A stretch of 62,570 bases of DNA, filler included, from Aduncisulcus paluster (lineage: Eukaryota), in NCBI GenBank assembly GCA_024181965.1. It is 12 parts of 12 records of this genome, joined end to end, with 100 filler letters (N's around TTAATTAATTAA, not from the genome) between each part and the next. Parts side by side here need not be neighbours in the genome. Positions count along the whole stretch, not along the records: positions 1 to 1,178 come from BQXS01012389.1; positions 1,279 to 3,327 come from BQXS01012391.1; positions 3,428 to 9,971 come from BQXS01012392.1; positions 10,072 to 12,043 come from BQXS01012397.1; 8 more parts are not named here. The stretch is one strand, 5' to 3'. Below, piece by piece: positions 1 to 12,043 of the stretch (position 1 is its first letter; each line of letters begins with the position of its first letter). The notes under the pieces are model-generated. The model was not told the DNA's origin. It did not search any database and saw only the letters and a list, made by a program, of their open reading frames with translations. Position numbers and translations under genes: made by a program.

Positions 1-1063
1 CTTGGGAAGTTCAAAAGTGATTTTTCTCTTCACAGTTGCTCTTTAATGATCCGATAAGATGTATATTCGTGTGAGATTCCGATCCTGAAATACTTAGAGA
101 CTGCCTCATTGTCGATTTCCGATGCACGTGACTTGTACGCATTGAGCCCATCTTGGGAAGTTCAAAAGTGATTTTTCTCTTCACAGTTGCTCTTTAATGA
201 TCCGATAAGATGTATATTCGTGTGAGATTCCGATCCTGAAATACTTAGAGACTGCCTCATTGTCGATTTCCGATGCACGTGACTTGTACGCATTGAGCCA
301 GTCTTGGGAAGTTCAAAAGTGATTTTTCTCTTCACAGTTGCTCTTTAATGATCCGATAAGATGTATATTCGTGTGAGATTCCGATCCTGAAATACTTAGA
401 GACTGCCTCATTGTCGATTTCCGATGCACGTGACTTGTACGCATTGAGCCCATCTTGGGAAGTTCAAAAGTGATTTTTCTCTTCACAGTTGCTCTTTAAT
501 GATCCGATAAGATGTATATTCGTGTGAGATTCCGATCCTGAAATACTTAGAGACTGCCTCATTGTCGATTTCCGATGCACGTGACTTGTACGCATTGAGC
601 CCATCTTGGGAAGTTCAAAAGTGATTTTTCTCTTCACAGTTGCTCTTTAATGATCCGATAAGATGTATATTCGTGTGAGATTCCGATCCTGAAATACTTA
701 GAGACTGCCTCATTGTCGATTTCCGATGCACGTGACTTGTACGCATTGAGCCCATCTTGGGGAGTTCAAAAGTGATTTTTCTCTTCACAGTTGCTCTTTA
801 ATGATCCGATAAGATGTATATTCGTGTGAGATTCCGATCCTGAAATACTTAGAGACTGCCTCATTGTCGATTTCCGATGCACGTGACTTGTACGCATTGA
901 GCCCTCTTCCGATCTGTTCAAAAGTGATTTTTCTCTTCACAGTTGCTCTTTAATGATCCGATAAGATGTATATTCGTGTGAGATTCCGATCCTGAAATAC
1001 TTAGAGACTGCCTCATTGTCGATTTCCGATGCACGTGACTTGTACGCATTGAGCCCATCTTGG
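1..1063. repeat. Tandem array, 151-bp unit, about 7 copies (5' end cut by the window)
   Basis: CTTGGGAAGTTCAAAAG recurs at 1, 152, 303, 454 and 605, with variants at 756, ~907 and 1059. Units are near-identical and differences cluster at one point in the unit. Confidence 0.95.
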
Positions 1064-1178
1064 AAAGCTCTCAACTCATTGTAAGAATGGCAGTGGAAGG
1101 ACGATTAAAGATGTCGTGACTTTGCAAAGCGAGAGCGGAGAATTTTACAGGATTCTCGCAGTGTGATCTGTGCGCCAT

Positions 1179-1278
1179 NNNNNNNNNNNNNNNNNNNNNN
1201 NNNNNNNNNNNNNNNNNNNNNNTTAATTAATTAANNNNNNNNNNNNNNNNNNNNNNNNNNNNNNNNNNNNNNNNNNNN
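1179..1278. other. Artificial contig linker N44-TTAATTAATTAA-N44 (also 3328-3427, 9972-10071, 12044-12143, 13868-13967, 15422-15521, 24788-24887, 38986-39085, 42177-42276, 49229-49328, 54280-54379)
   Basis: The same 12-mer, with stops in all six frames, is centred in 100-nt N blocks. Sequences on either side should not be assumed to be adjacent in the genome. Confidence 0.97.
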
Positions 1279-1478
1279 TAAATAAATTTCTTAATTCAAA
1301 TACTATATCGTTAAAATAAATTCAATATTATAAATTTCAACCCATTCAGGAGATAGTATCAAAATTTCAGAAATTGATTTAAAATCAATTTTTTATAGGT
1401 CACGAATAAGTGTATATAAAAAGGAGATTGATGCATATAACATAGTAATTAGTAAATACAAAATAGTACAGTATAGTA

Positions 1479-2998
1479 TTGAGCATCTGAGCTGGAGCAG
1501 TAAGGTCAAAACTCTGAGGTGAAAGTGCATTCTTGTCTCTGGTAAAGGGATCAAAAGAGATCAGCAGTAGTGATAATGACATTACACGTCAGATATAATA
1601 GCATGCAGGGTATTATCAATCCGCTTTGAGCATCTGAGCTGGAGCAGTAAGGTCAAAACTCTGAGGTGAAAGTGCATTCTTGTCTCTGGTAAAGGGATCA
1701 AAAGAGATCAGCAGTAGTGATAATGACATTACACGTCAGATATAATAGCATGCAGGGTATTATCAATCCGCTTTGAGCATCTGAGCTGGAGCAGTAAGGT
1801 CAAAACTCTGAGGTGAAAGTGCATTCTTGTCTCTGGTAAAGGGATCAAAAGAGATCAGCAGTAGTGATAATGACATTACACGTCAGATATAATAGCATGC
1901 AGGGTATTATCAATCCGCTTTGAGCATCTGAGCTGGAGCAGTAAGGTCAAAACTCTGAGGTGAAAGTGCATTCTTGTCTCTGGTAAAGGGATCAAAAGAG
2001 ATCAGCAGTAGTGATAATGACATTACACGTCAGATATAATAGCATGCAGGGTATTATCAATCCGCTTTGAGCATCTGAGCTGGAGCAGTAAGGTCAAAAC
2101 CTGAGGTGAAAGTGCATTCTTGTCTCTGGTAAAGGGATCAAAAGAGATCAGCAGTAGTGATAATGACATTACACGTCAGATATAATAGCATGCAGGGTAT
2201 TATCAATCCGCTTTGAGCATCTGAGCTGGAGCAGTAAGGTCAAAACTCTGAGGTGAAAGTGCATTCTTGTGGAAAGGGATCAAAAGAGATCAGCAGTAGT
2301 GATAATGACATTACACGTCAGATATAATAGCATGCAGGGTATTATCAATCCGCTTTGAGCATCTGAGCTGGAGCAGTAAGGTCAAAACTCTGAGGTGAAA
2401 GTGCATTCTTGTCTCTGGTAAAGGGATCAAAAGAGATCAGCAGTAGTGATAATGACATTACACGTCAGATATAATAGCATGCAGGGTATTATCAATCCGC
2501 TTTGAGCATCTGAGCTGGAGCAGTAAGGTCAAAACTCTGAGGTGAAAGTGCATTCTTGTCTCTGGTAAAGGGATCAAAAGAGATCAGCAGTAGTGATAAT
2601 GACATTACACGTCAGATATAATAGCATGCAGGGTATTATCAATCCGCTTTGAGCATCTGAGCTGGAGCAGTAAGGTCAAAACTCTGAGGTGAAAGTGCAT
2701 TCTTGTCTCTGGTAAAGGGATCAAAAGAGATCAGCAGTAGTGATAATGACATTACACGTCAGATATAATAGCATGCAGGGTATTATCAATCCGCTTTGAG
2801 CATCTGAGCTGGAGCAGTAAGGTCAAAACTCTGAGGTGAAAGTGTCTTCTGATCTGGTAAAGGGATCAAAAGAGATCAGCAGTAGTGATAATGACATTAC
2901 ACGTCAGATATAATAGCATGCAGGGTATTATCAATCCGCTTTGAGCATCTGAGCTGGAGCAGTAAGGTCAAAACTCTGAGGTGAAAGTGCATTCTTGT
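1479..2998. repeat. Tandem array, 147-bp unit, about 10.4 copies
   Basis: GAGCATCTGAGCTGGAGCAG at 1481, 1628, 1775, 1922 and onward, with small deletions near 2100, 2270 and 2845. All three plus-strand frames contain stops. Confidence 0.95.
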
Positions 2999-3427
2999 AG
3001 CAGGGAAGTTATCAATAAATATTAATTCTTAATCGAAAATATTTGCTCAATGTCGTTCTACTAGCCGTGTACTGGTGCCAACTCGCTCAGGAATAGTGTA
3101 TCGTCCTTCAATATTAATATCATAAAATTATTCAACTCATTGTTCAGTAAAAGTCATGCTATGGTGACTTTTAACAATTTAAATTTTCGAAATACATACG
3201 TTCCGTCCGTGTTGATCGGATGAGTGTATGTGTGTTAAATTTCTTTTAATTTAAAGTACTTCTTACGTAGACTTCAAAAACGGCATCAGAATGCCTTAAA
3301 TCGAATGTAGCTGTTTTGAGATCTCTTNNNNNNNNNNNNNNNNNNNNNNNNNNNNNNNNNNNNNNNNNNNNTTAATTAATTAANNNNNNNNNNNNNNNNN
3401 NNNNNNNNNNNNNNNNNNNNNNNNNNN

Positions 3428-4360
3428 TGGGGGCTGGTGGAGGTCAACAGGGGCGGAGGGGAACCTCCCGCGGGTGACAGCAACGGTGGGATGTTGTTGA
3501 GAGTCTCCCTGAGACACCGGGTTGAAAGTACTCAAATGTCCGAACGATGACTGGTATGAAAAGCTTCGATCGCTCTCAAAGGAATCAATTGAGCCGGATG
3601 AGGAGGACACAAGAGTGTGGGGAACAGAGGAGGATGTATTGGCATATGGAAAGTCTGGAACGGATGAAGGATGGCTATCGTGTCGTTCACGGGAACGTGG
3701 ATGAGCGAGTTGCATCCATGAACAATCTTTCCGAAGAGAAGCATCACCATGCTGGAATTGGGAATGATAAGGGGGCTGAAACTGTGAAAAAGGACCTAGG
3801 AAGGGTATTGAAGATGGAGAATAAGTTATAGAACCGCCGGGATATGAAGGTGGTGATACACCGAATGGAGATGGATCTTGGGTTGCTCTTTGTTTCATAA
3901 AATACTCTCCAAGAGCTTCACTAAGTTTATGAATGATAAGAGGAGATATTCTAGAGGGCTGAAGTGTTGAAGATGGCCATTTAATGATAGATATGGTTTG
4001 TTCTTTCCTCTCCCATTTCTTCGATGGTAATACATGAATAACTTCATCTTCACTGAGGTAATCACGGCCTTCAACGTTCGGAAGACGCTCTTTGGCTACA
4101 TCAACTACTAATCTGCGAGAGCCAATGACAAATCCGTTGAGTATGGATTTAGCAACTTGCTCATCATCTTTCGAATCAAAATCAAAGAATCCAAAACGAG
4201 CCCCAGCTCCGTAAGAAAACCGAACTATTCTTCCGAATTTGGAAAGCAAAGTTAAAAATGAGGCAATATTGAACCATTTCGGAATGTTATAAATAAAAAG
4301 GGAATTATCAATTCGCTTGGTGGGAACAGGTTGACATAGCTCTCTATATTTCTTTTTCAT
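3428..4360 (-). CDS. RRM-domain RNA-binding protein with Ser/Pro-rich tail (3' truncated by gap)
   Basis: RNP2-like LFIYNI, RNP1-like RFGFFDF, and LNGFVIGSRRLVVDVAK, typical of an RRM C-terminal strand. Confidence 0.8.
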
Positions 4361-5124
4361 TTTGATCCCGTCTTGACAGCTTAAACACGAAGAAAAAAAG
4401 CGAAAAATAAAATCAGCTCACTTGAGCTGTTTGGCTGAGTAAGTGCTGGAATGAATAATATTTCTCCGATGTTAAATATGAAAATAAAAGGAAGAATCTT
4501 GATAAAATCAAAAATAAAAAATTGTAGGAAGGCCTTATTTTGGAAATCCTTTTTGGCTTGATATATGTCGTAATTCGGATTATTTAGATTTAATTGGGTA
4601 TATTTTGGAATTTTTTGATCGGAGATTTTATGGAGAAAACGATTGGTTCCCTTTTCTTCTTCTTTTTTTCGTGTGAAATGTCATACGCTTATTCAGATTA
4701 ATCATGCTTTTTTAATTGATTATTCTTTCTTTAATATCAATAAGTTATAATTTTGGATTGGAAATATTACGAATGGTTTTGTATTTCAATGAGAATTGAA
4801 ATCATTTTATCTTGGATAATTTGGGAGATGTTTCGAATTTTATTGGGATATTTTATTTTTCTGGCAACAATCTTGAATATTTTGTCACATAATTATTGCT
4901 TTGAGACGTTGTCGATACTCATTTAATTTCCTTGAGGAGCCTCAAGTGATATGTCGTTTTTAATATGTTTTCAATATCACATTTTTCAATTAAATATCAG
5001 CTTTTATGTAAATTATTTAAGAAAAAATTATTGTGACAGCTTAGAATCCTCGAGATGTTAAATTCTCATTTTCTTCGTACTCAATAACAATTATTTTTAA
5101 AAACAAATTAAAAGGGCAATAATA

Positions 5125-8100
5125 ATGAGTGAAGAATACTCAGATAGTAATAGTCATGATTCTTCTCTCTCAGAATCTCCCTCAATTGAACACGTCGAAA
5201 TTACACAATATGGTCCCCAAAATGAAACAATAATTTCCAATTTGGATGAAATGCAAGATGAAGATACTGATTCCTTTGAACCAACATTATTTATTTCACC
5301 GCTTCTCACATATATTGTCGAGGCAGAAAAACTTGTGAAGATTGCTCCCTCAATAGATAGATATTCTGCAATTCCTTTGACATTAGACCATATATCTAAT
5401 AATATTCGATTCATTTCCACCCAAATATCAAGTCATTCTTCTCATGTTTCCAATGACACCTTTGATGAAGTTCTCCACAACTCCACGCGAGCACTGTGCA
5501 AGTTAATCGAGATCAACGGTTTACTTCCCATCTTTAGTGAAAAATATCTTCTCGATTTCTTGTCTTTATTTTCATTACCGCCGGAATCCTTGGACAAGTG
5601 TTTGGAATGTCGAATTACTGCATTATTTGAAGAATCTGAGGACTCATCCGAGAGTTCCATTGTGGATTCAATTGAAAATGAAGAGACTTTGCGGATAAAT
5701 AGTGAAGATAACCCTGCTAAGGAACATGAGCGAAACAATTCAAAATTAGTGGCTAAATATGAGGGCATCGTGCCAATTATATCAAATCCCGATGAAAATC
5801 CAACCATATTTGAGATTTTAAGAATAGAAATAACCCCTGAATTGAAGGGAAAAGATGCTTATGTTGTTCTCGCTGATCTTGATTGGAAATCGCCCAAGAT
5901 ATTCGATTCGTCGCTACATTGGCGTTGTCCTGAGGCAACTAAGATGTGGAAAGTGTCTTGTTCAGCAGAAAACAGCCATTATTTTGTTGCTCTCGTTGCT
6001 GGTTCTCATTCCTGCTCTTACCGAGTTGTGTTCTTGGATCCTTCGAAAGATAATGAATATCTCCCGCCTTTGTTATCCAAAGTGATGTTTGATCCTCAAT
6101 TGTCGAAGACAGGTGTCTTGTGCACTCCTTCTGGTTCTTCAAATGCCTCTCTTTTCGAACAATCGCTTGTTAGATATCTTCTTACCAAGGACAAGAACTT
6201 TTGTAAGCAATTTGCTGGTTTTGATACATCTGCCCATTCCATATTAACTATATTATACAATATAGATTCTTTATCCCTCCTATCTGAGAAATGTCACATG
6301 GCTGATGTTCAAAGCTGCCTTGAAGAACAAATTCCAGCATTAGAAATGTTTTTGTTGTGTGATAATCAAAGGATTCTCACCAAAGGCGCAAAATCTTTCC
6401 GTGAATTTCTAAAATCGTATGTTCCCTGTCACATTGCGCAATTTGCAGTTGGGTCTGGCGACGAGCGGATGATCAAGATCGACACGGATGGAGAAATCGA
6501 ACTAACTGGTAAATATAAGCGTGATTTGGCAGACCGTGAGAGTTTGGCGGATTTTAAGGAGGCCGATTCCTCCAGAGATGCAAGAGATTCTGCTGTTCCA
6601 AAATCACGACTTATGGTTGAGATTTTAAATGCATCGAGTCAAACAAATCCTCTCGAGACGTTTCAGTATAAACAAGAAGAAGAGCTACAATTCCTAGATC
6701 AGATATGTGAATCTAGATTTCCTTCTGAAGAAAGTGACAATCTTGATTCATACTTTGTTCGGACAGAAAATGCTGTCCAACGAATCAAACTCGTGAAGGA
6801 AAGCATTCGATGTGGTGTTCATCTCTTACTTGAAGGACCTACCGGTACAAGCAAGTCTGAGACGGTTAAACAAGCTGCTCTGGACGATGGATTATGCATT
6901 AATCCGAGAATAGAAACAGATTCTGTTTATTCACATGGAAAAAAGTGTTCANNNNNNNNNNNNNNNNNNNNAAAATCACGACTTATGGTTGAGATTTTAA
7001 ATGCATCGAGTCAAACAAATCCTCTCGAGACGTTTCAGTATAAACAAGAAGAAGAGCTACAATTCCTAGATCAGATATGTGAATCTAGATTTCCTTCTGA
7101 AGAAAGTGACAATCTTGATTCATACTTTGTTCGGACAGAAAATGCTGTCCAACGAATCAAACTCGTGAAGGAAAGCATTCGATGTGGTGTTCATCTCTTA
7201 CTTGAAGGACCTACCGGTACAAGCAAGTCTGAGACGGTTAAACAAGCTGCTCTGGACGATGGATTATGCATTAATCCGAGAATAGAAACAGATTCTGTTT
7301 ATTCACATGGAAAAAAGTGTTCATTACTGAAATTTAGCTGTTCTTCCGCCACAACTCCTGCCGATTTGCTTGGAAATCCCAAATGGGTTGGTGAGCTCGA
7401 TCGTCAGTTTGTGTTCGCTTATGGTCTCTTTTTATTGGCCTTTTCGCAAGGACATTGGCTTCTATTGGATGAAATGAATCTAGTATCTCCAGCTGTTTTG
7501 CAATGTATTGAACAAGCCATCGACAATGGATATTTGTCTGTTCCAATTCTCGGACGTGGAGAAATATCATTTTATCAACATCCTGACTTTCGGTTGATTG
7601 CAACTCAGAATCCAAGCTCTGGTGCTTATGCTGAACAGAGAAAAGAATCTAGTTCTCAATTCTTGTCACGATTCAGAGTTGTAAACTTCCCAGCTCTCTC
7701 CAAAAAGGAGTGTATGTCTATCGTTCAGTCAGGAAACCTACGAATCATGACAAATCCCAATCAGATCAGTGTTCTTGCCGAATGTCACACCATTCTTTCC
7801 GATTACAGGAAATATATTTCCTGTTCTCCTCATATTTCTTGTACTGTGACTCTCAGAGATATGATTGCTGTTCGTGACACTGTTGAAGGAATTCGATACA
7901 GAAATGTATTTGAAGAAGCTCTATCTAAATTATATTTATCAAGATTTTCCAAACGTGACCTGTCTACGATTCTCAAATCTAAAAATAGAGAGATTCAGAA
8001 TCTCCAAAAAATTGTGAGGAAATATTATTCTGAAAGCCGTCATTTTGACGATAAAAAGCTCTTTGTTTCAGTTCCCTTTCAACTATCAAGGCGTGGACAG

Positions 8101-9971
8101 CCTTCATTTAATCTGAAATTCCAGAAGGATGGATTTCCTGTTTTTGATAAAGGAAAGCCCTGTTTGAAGTTCCCCATTGATATTTATACATTAATTATGG
8201 ATGCTGTTCGTTGTGCATCATGGGGAAAGAATATTCTGTTTGTNNNNNNNNNNNNNNNNNNNNAATTGTGAGGAAATATTATTCTGAAAGCCGTCATTTT
8301 GACGATAAAAAGCTCTTTGTTTCAGTTCCCTTTCAACTATCAAGGCGTGGACAGCCTTCATTTAATCTGAAATTCCAGAAGGATGGATTTCCTGTTTTTG
8401 ATAAAGGAAAGCCCTGTTTGAAGTTCCCCATTGATATTTATACATTAATTATGGATGCTGTTCGTTGTGCATCATGGGGAAAGAATATTCTGTTTGTTGG
8501 AGAGGATTCGTCATGCCTTGAATTCATTTCAACATGTGCATCTACTATCTATCTTCACAATTGTCATGCTCAGCGTAAAGATCTTATTTCTCGCATAAAG
8601 GCCTCCTTAAAACGTCAATCAAACACTTCGCATGCTCAAAGATTGGATGGAGAGGGAGAAGAGAGGAAGAAGAAGAAGAAGAAGAGGGAGAGAAGGGAAG
8701 AAGAGGGAGAAAAGCCTTGATGAGAGATGCTGTTGTTGATGATGAAGAGATGGATGAAGAGGAGCAGGAAGCCCGTGAAGAATTCAAGCATCAGCAACAT
8801 ATATTCATGCAGGAACTCTATGATGAAAAATCAAAATATGGTTCGGAATTAGATCTCATTGATATCCTTGCTCAATCTCCATCAAGTATCCGATTCTCAT
8901 CCGACACTGGTTTGAGTACTATTCTTGGCTCCCATGTTCCTCAATATGACTCTCATTCGAACAAACCTGGGTTGCGTTGGATGAATGGTCCAATTGTGAA
9001 TGCCATCAATGTTGGTGGAGTTGCACAGCTCTGTAACGTTGATAAAGGAGATCAGACGATCAATGAAAGGTTGAATCCACTCCTAGAGCATCGAAAGAAG
9101 AATGATACTGGTTTATTCTCACTTCCGGAGGCCAATTTGAAAGATTCTTTAATTATTCCATCCACTTTTCGAGTTATTGCAACCGCTCACAATGACGAAA
9201 GTGGAATTGGTATCTCGCCTGCCTTCGAGAATCGATTCACAGTATTTTATGTTCCTCCCGTTATTTCTGGAAAGAAACCTTCAGCCAGGAATGAGCGACT
9301 TGAAGTATTTTGTTGTTCTGTCATTTCTCTGCGTCTTCAGCAATGTATTTTTGGACTCAAACGTGATTACTCTTCATCATTAGTTAATCAGACTAAAATC
9401 TCCATGTGTGATGTTGTTTGTGATGATTCTACATCCCTGCGTCAGTTTGAAGAAGAAGAAGAAGATGGAGAGTATACTAAGAAGAATTCGAAGAACAAGA
9501 AGAAGAAGTTGGGTGCGACCAGTATTGAAGTTATACGTGACATTGATGAAGATTCTGAAGATGATTCGTATGAATATGAATATTCTATCTCGAGTAGTGA
9601 AGATAAAGATAAAAAGGATTCGAAAGATGACAAGGATTTAAAAGCTCTGGCAGCTATAGAAGAAACAAGAAAAGTTGAGGTTATTCCATTGAGGTTAGAA
9701 GAAGAAAAATATCTTTCAAAAGCTGTAAGTTCAATTGTTCAGACTCATATGGTGAAATCTCCATTCCATTTCTTGTTGAATTTTATACTTCAATGCTCTG
9801 ATGCAGTATTTTATGAGAAACAGAAAGAAGGACTGAACTTTAAGGGGAAAGGTGAGAAAGATTTGAAAGACATTACTCTCGGAGAAGATATTATAAATAA
9901 TGTTTGTAACACTTCTCTATGTTTATTCAAGGATAATACTGCATTTTTGTTTGAATCAAAAAAGGACGAGG
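5125..9971 (+). CDS. Large midasin/dynein-related (MoxR-type AAA_5) AAA+ ATPase, 3' truncated; split by two assembly duplications and one frameshift near 8650-8720
   Basis: AAA1: HLLLEGPTGTSKS, WLLLDEMNL, HPDFRLIATQNP and FLSRF. Degenerate AAA2: LRWMNGPIVNAI, INERLNPLLE, FRVIATAH and ISPAFENRF. 6601-6951 is repeated after an N20 gap at 6972-7320, and 8009-8243 is repeated at 8264-8498. Confidence 0.8.
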
Positions 9972-10171
9972 NNNNNNNNNNNNNNNNNNNNNNNNNNNNN
10001 NNNNNNNNNNNNNNNTTAATTAATTAANNNNNNNNNNNNNNNNNNNNNNNNNNNNNNNNNNNNNNNNNNNNAATACAACATTTCTTTTGAATCAAACATT
10101 TCTTTACTTCACAATTCACCACTCAAGGCTGAGTACACAACGATACAACAACAATATGCACGAGAAAGTAG

Positions 10172-12043
10172 TCATTCAGGCTTCTTCTTCACAAGAATAA
10201 TAGGCTTGGACTTTGGCTTAGATTCGGGCATCTTGATCGTCAATCCAGGCTTCTTAATAACAAGAGAAGACTTTGGCGCAATAATTCCAGGTCCGGGTTG
10301 AGAAGAAGAGCCTTTCACAATCGAGGATGATTCTTCACGACTTTGACTTTTGCCTTTTCCAGCAAACTCAATAGACTTCTTCGGGAACATCTTCTTTTTA
10401 GTTTCACCATGAGAAACATCACGCTTTGACTCCACCGAATCACGTTGAGGTTGACTCGAAGCTTCAGTACTTTTCGATACAGACGATTTCTGCTTGAAAG
10501 CTTTCATATCTTTTCTTCCTTTTCCTCTCTCATTCTTCCCTCTCCCTCTTCCTCCCCGTCTTCCCCTCTTCTTCCTCTTCCATTTCTCCATTTCACCTTT
10601 AACCCCCTGGAATACTTCTTCGCAGTCGTCCCCACCCTCGGCAATGAGAATATCATCAGACGTGAGATCAATACAAGCGAACACACCACATCCGAAAACA
10701 GCTTCGCTTTCGACCTTGATGCACAGAGATACAATTTGTTGTTCAACTTCCTGATCATTCGATCCGTGAACAGTTGAAATATCTTTCATATCAACTACAA
10801 TAGAAATTGACATCGATTTCTTAAATGCGGGCAAAGAAGTTTCGTGAATTATCGACCCACTTCGAAGGTCAGTTTCCGAAATTAAATGGGTTTTCTTTGA
10901 TAATCCAACACAAATCAGTCGCTCACCCAGAATTCTTCCTCTTTCACGGAGAGGTTTTTCCGAATAAGGGTAAAAAGTTTGAGGAAGTTTTGAAATGGCA
11001 ACATCTATTTTCATCTTTGAATTATCAGCACCAACAGATTTCTCTGTATCCAATATTCTGTTGCACTTCACGGACACCCTAAAAACAGGGAATATCCTTG
11101 CTCTAGCAACCACACATCTTGCCCCGTCACGAGAAGATATTCCTTTCCTCACGAGGACTTCCTCAAGATCCAAAGGACTGATATAAGCAAGGATACACAT
11201 CTTTCTTAACGTGTCGATGCCTAACTGATTCAAAACAGAGAGACATTCTTTAACTTGAGAAATGGACACAGGCGGAATGGAAGGCAGTGCCATCATCAAC
11301 GATGCACTCGGAGTCGAAGAACTACTCTTCTGAGCCGTATCTTTGTACAAAACAAGTCCTTCTTGACAATGCTTATCTCTTGTTTCAGAAGAGGGCATTG
11401 AAACACAAGGAGAAACAGAGGCATTTGATTCCTTCTCAGATTTCCTTTCATAATAATCAGAACCCAATCTTTCCTTAAGTTCTTGAGATTCCTCAATCTC
11501 ACCACAAGAAGAGGCTCCAGAAGCAAGGCATTTCTTGGGAAGACCCAGACCTCTCAAGACAACCCTTTCATCGACTCCACACAACATTCCCCTCCGTAGA
11601 CATTGTAGAACATATGTAGCAACACACCAACCCCATGTGCATCCCTCACGAACACACACAGACATGAATGCCGCCACAAGACGAGGAACCTGAGCCATCA
11701 CTTGCTTCTGGTCGAAGTAGAAATCAGTGCAAGGAACAGGAATTGAAGCTCCAGGCATGTTACGAGTCATTTGCAGTTGGAGGAGAAGATGTGTTTTGTA
11801 TTGGGCAGTGGATGAATCAAAGAAAGGCATTGGCAAAGGCAGATGAGGAACAGTCACAATTGGCATCTCGATATCTTCACTGTGACGCACAGGAGTGTTT
11901 GCGAACTCTTGGCACTCACAAAGAAGAGTCAAGAAGGAGATGGGACTCAAAGACTTCGCTTTAGCCGAAGACAACAACGAACTGAAGACATTAGCAGTCT
12001 GTGGAGACATATAGAAGGCAGATATGGTGTGAGCGATTGTTGA
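10172..12043 (-). CDS. C-terminal Sec63 domain of a Ski2-like helicase (ASCC3/Slh1 or Brr2 type), 5' truncated by gap
   Basis: The frame extends upstream of the ORF-track Met (TIAHTISAFYMSPQT). CQEFANTPVRHSED, YKTHLLLQLQMTR, PCTDFYFDQKQVMAQVPRLVAAF and IFPVFRVSVK match the Sec63-domain pattern. Lys/Arg-rich tail. Confidence 0.75.
   Translation of the reverse strand, partial: STIAHTISAFYMSPQTANVFSSLLSSAKAKSLSPISFLTLLCECQEFANTPVRHSEDIEMPIVTVPHLPLPMPFFDSSTAQYKTHLLLQLQMTRNMPGASIPVPCTDFYFDQKQVMAQVPRLVAAFMSVCVREGCTWGWCVATYVLQCLRRGMLCGVDERVVLRGLGLPKKCLASGASSCGEIEESQELKERLGSDYYERKSEKESNASVSPCVSMPSSETRDKHCQEGLVLYKDTAQKSSSSTPSASLMMALPSIPPVSISQVKECLSVLNQLGIDTLRKMCILAYISPLDLEEVLVRKGISSRDGARCVVARARIFPVFRVSVKCNRILDTEKSVGADNSKMKIDVAISKLPQTFYPYSEKPLRERGRILGERLICVGLSKKTHLISETDLRSGSIIHETSLPAFKKSMSISIVVDMKDISTVHGSNDQEVEQQIVSLCIKVESEAVFGCGVFACIDLTSDDILIAEGGDDCEEVFQGVKGEMEKWKRKKRGRRGGRGRGKNERGKGRKDMKAFKQKSSVSKSTEASSQPQRDSVESKRDVSHGETKKKMFPKKSIEFAGKGKSQSREESSSIVKGSSSQPGPGIIAPKSSLVIKKPGLTIKMPESKPKSKPIILVKKKPE

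Noticed and set aside
1223..1234. Recurrent TTAATTAATTAA as a biological motif
   Set aside because: Always centred in 100-nt N blocks; it is an artificial six-frame-stop linker.
1..2998. CRISPR array or repeat-encoded protein
   Set aside because: Units repeat in full with no unique spacers, no cas genes are present, the context is eukaryotic, and the frames checked contain stops.
6601..8498. Tandem domain duplications in the AAA+ protein (also in tau95 at 56157-56678)
   Set aside because: Near-exact copies directly flank N20 gaps, which indicates unmerged scaffold overlaps.
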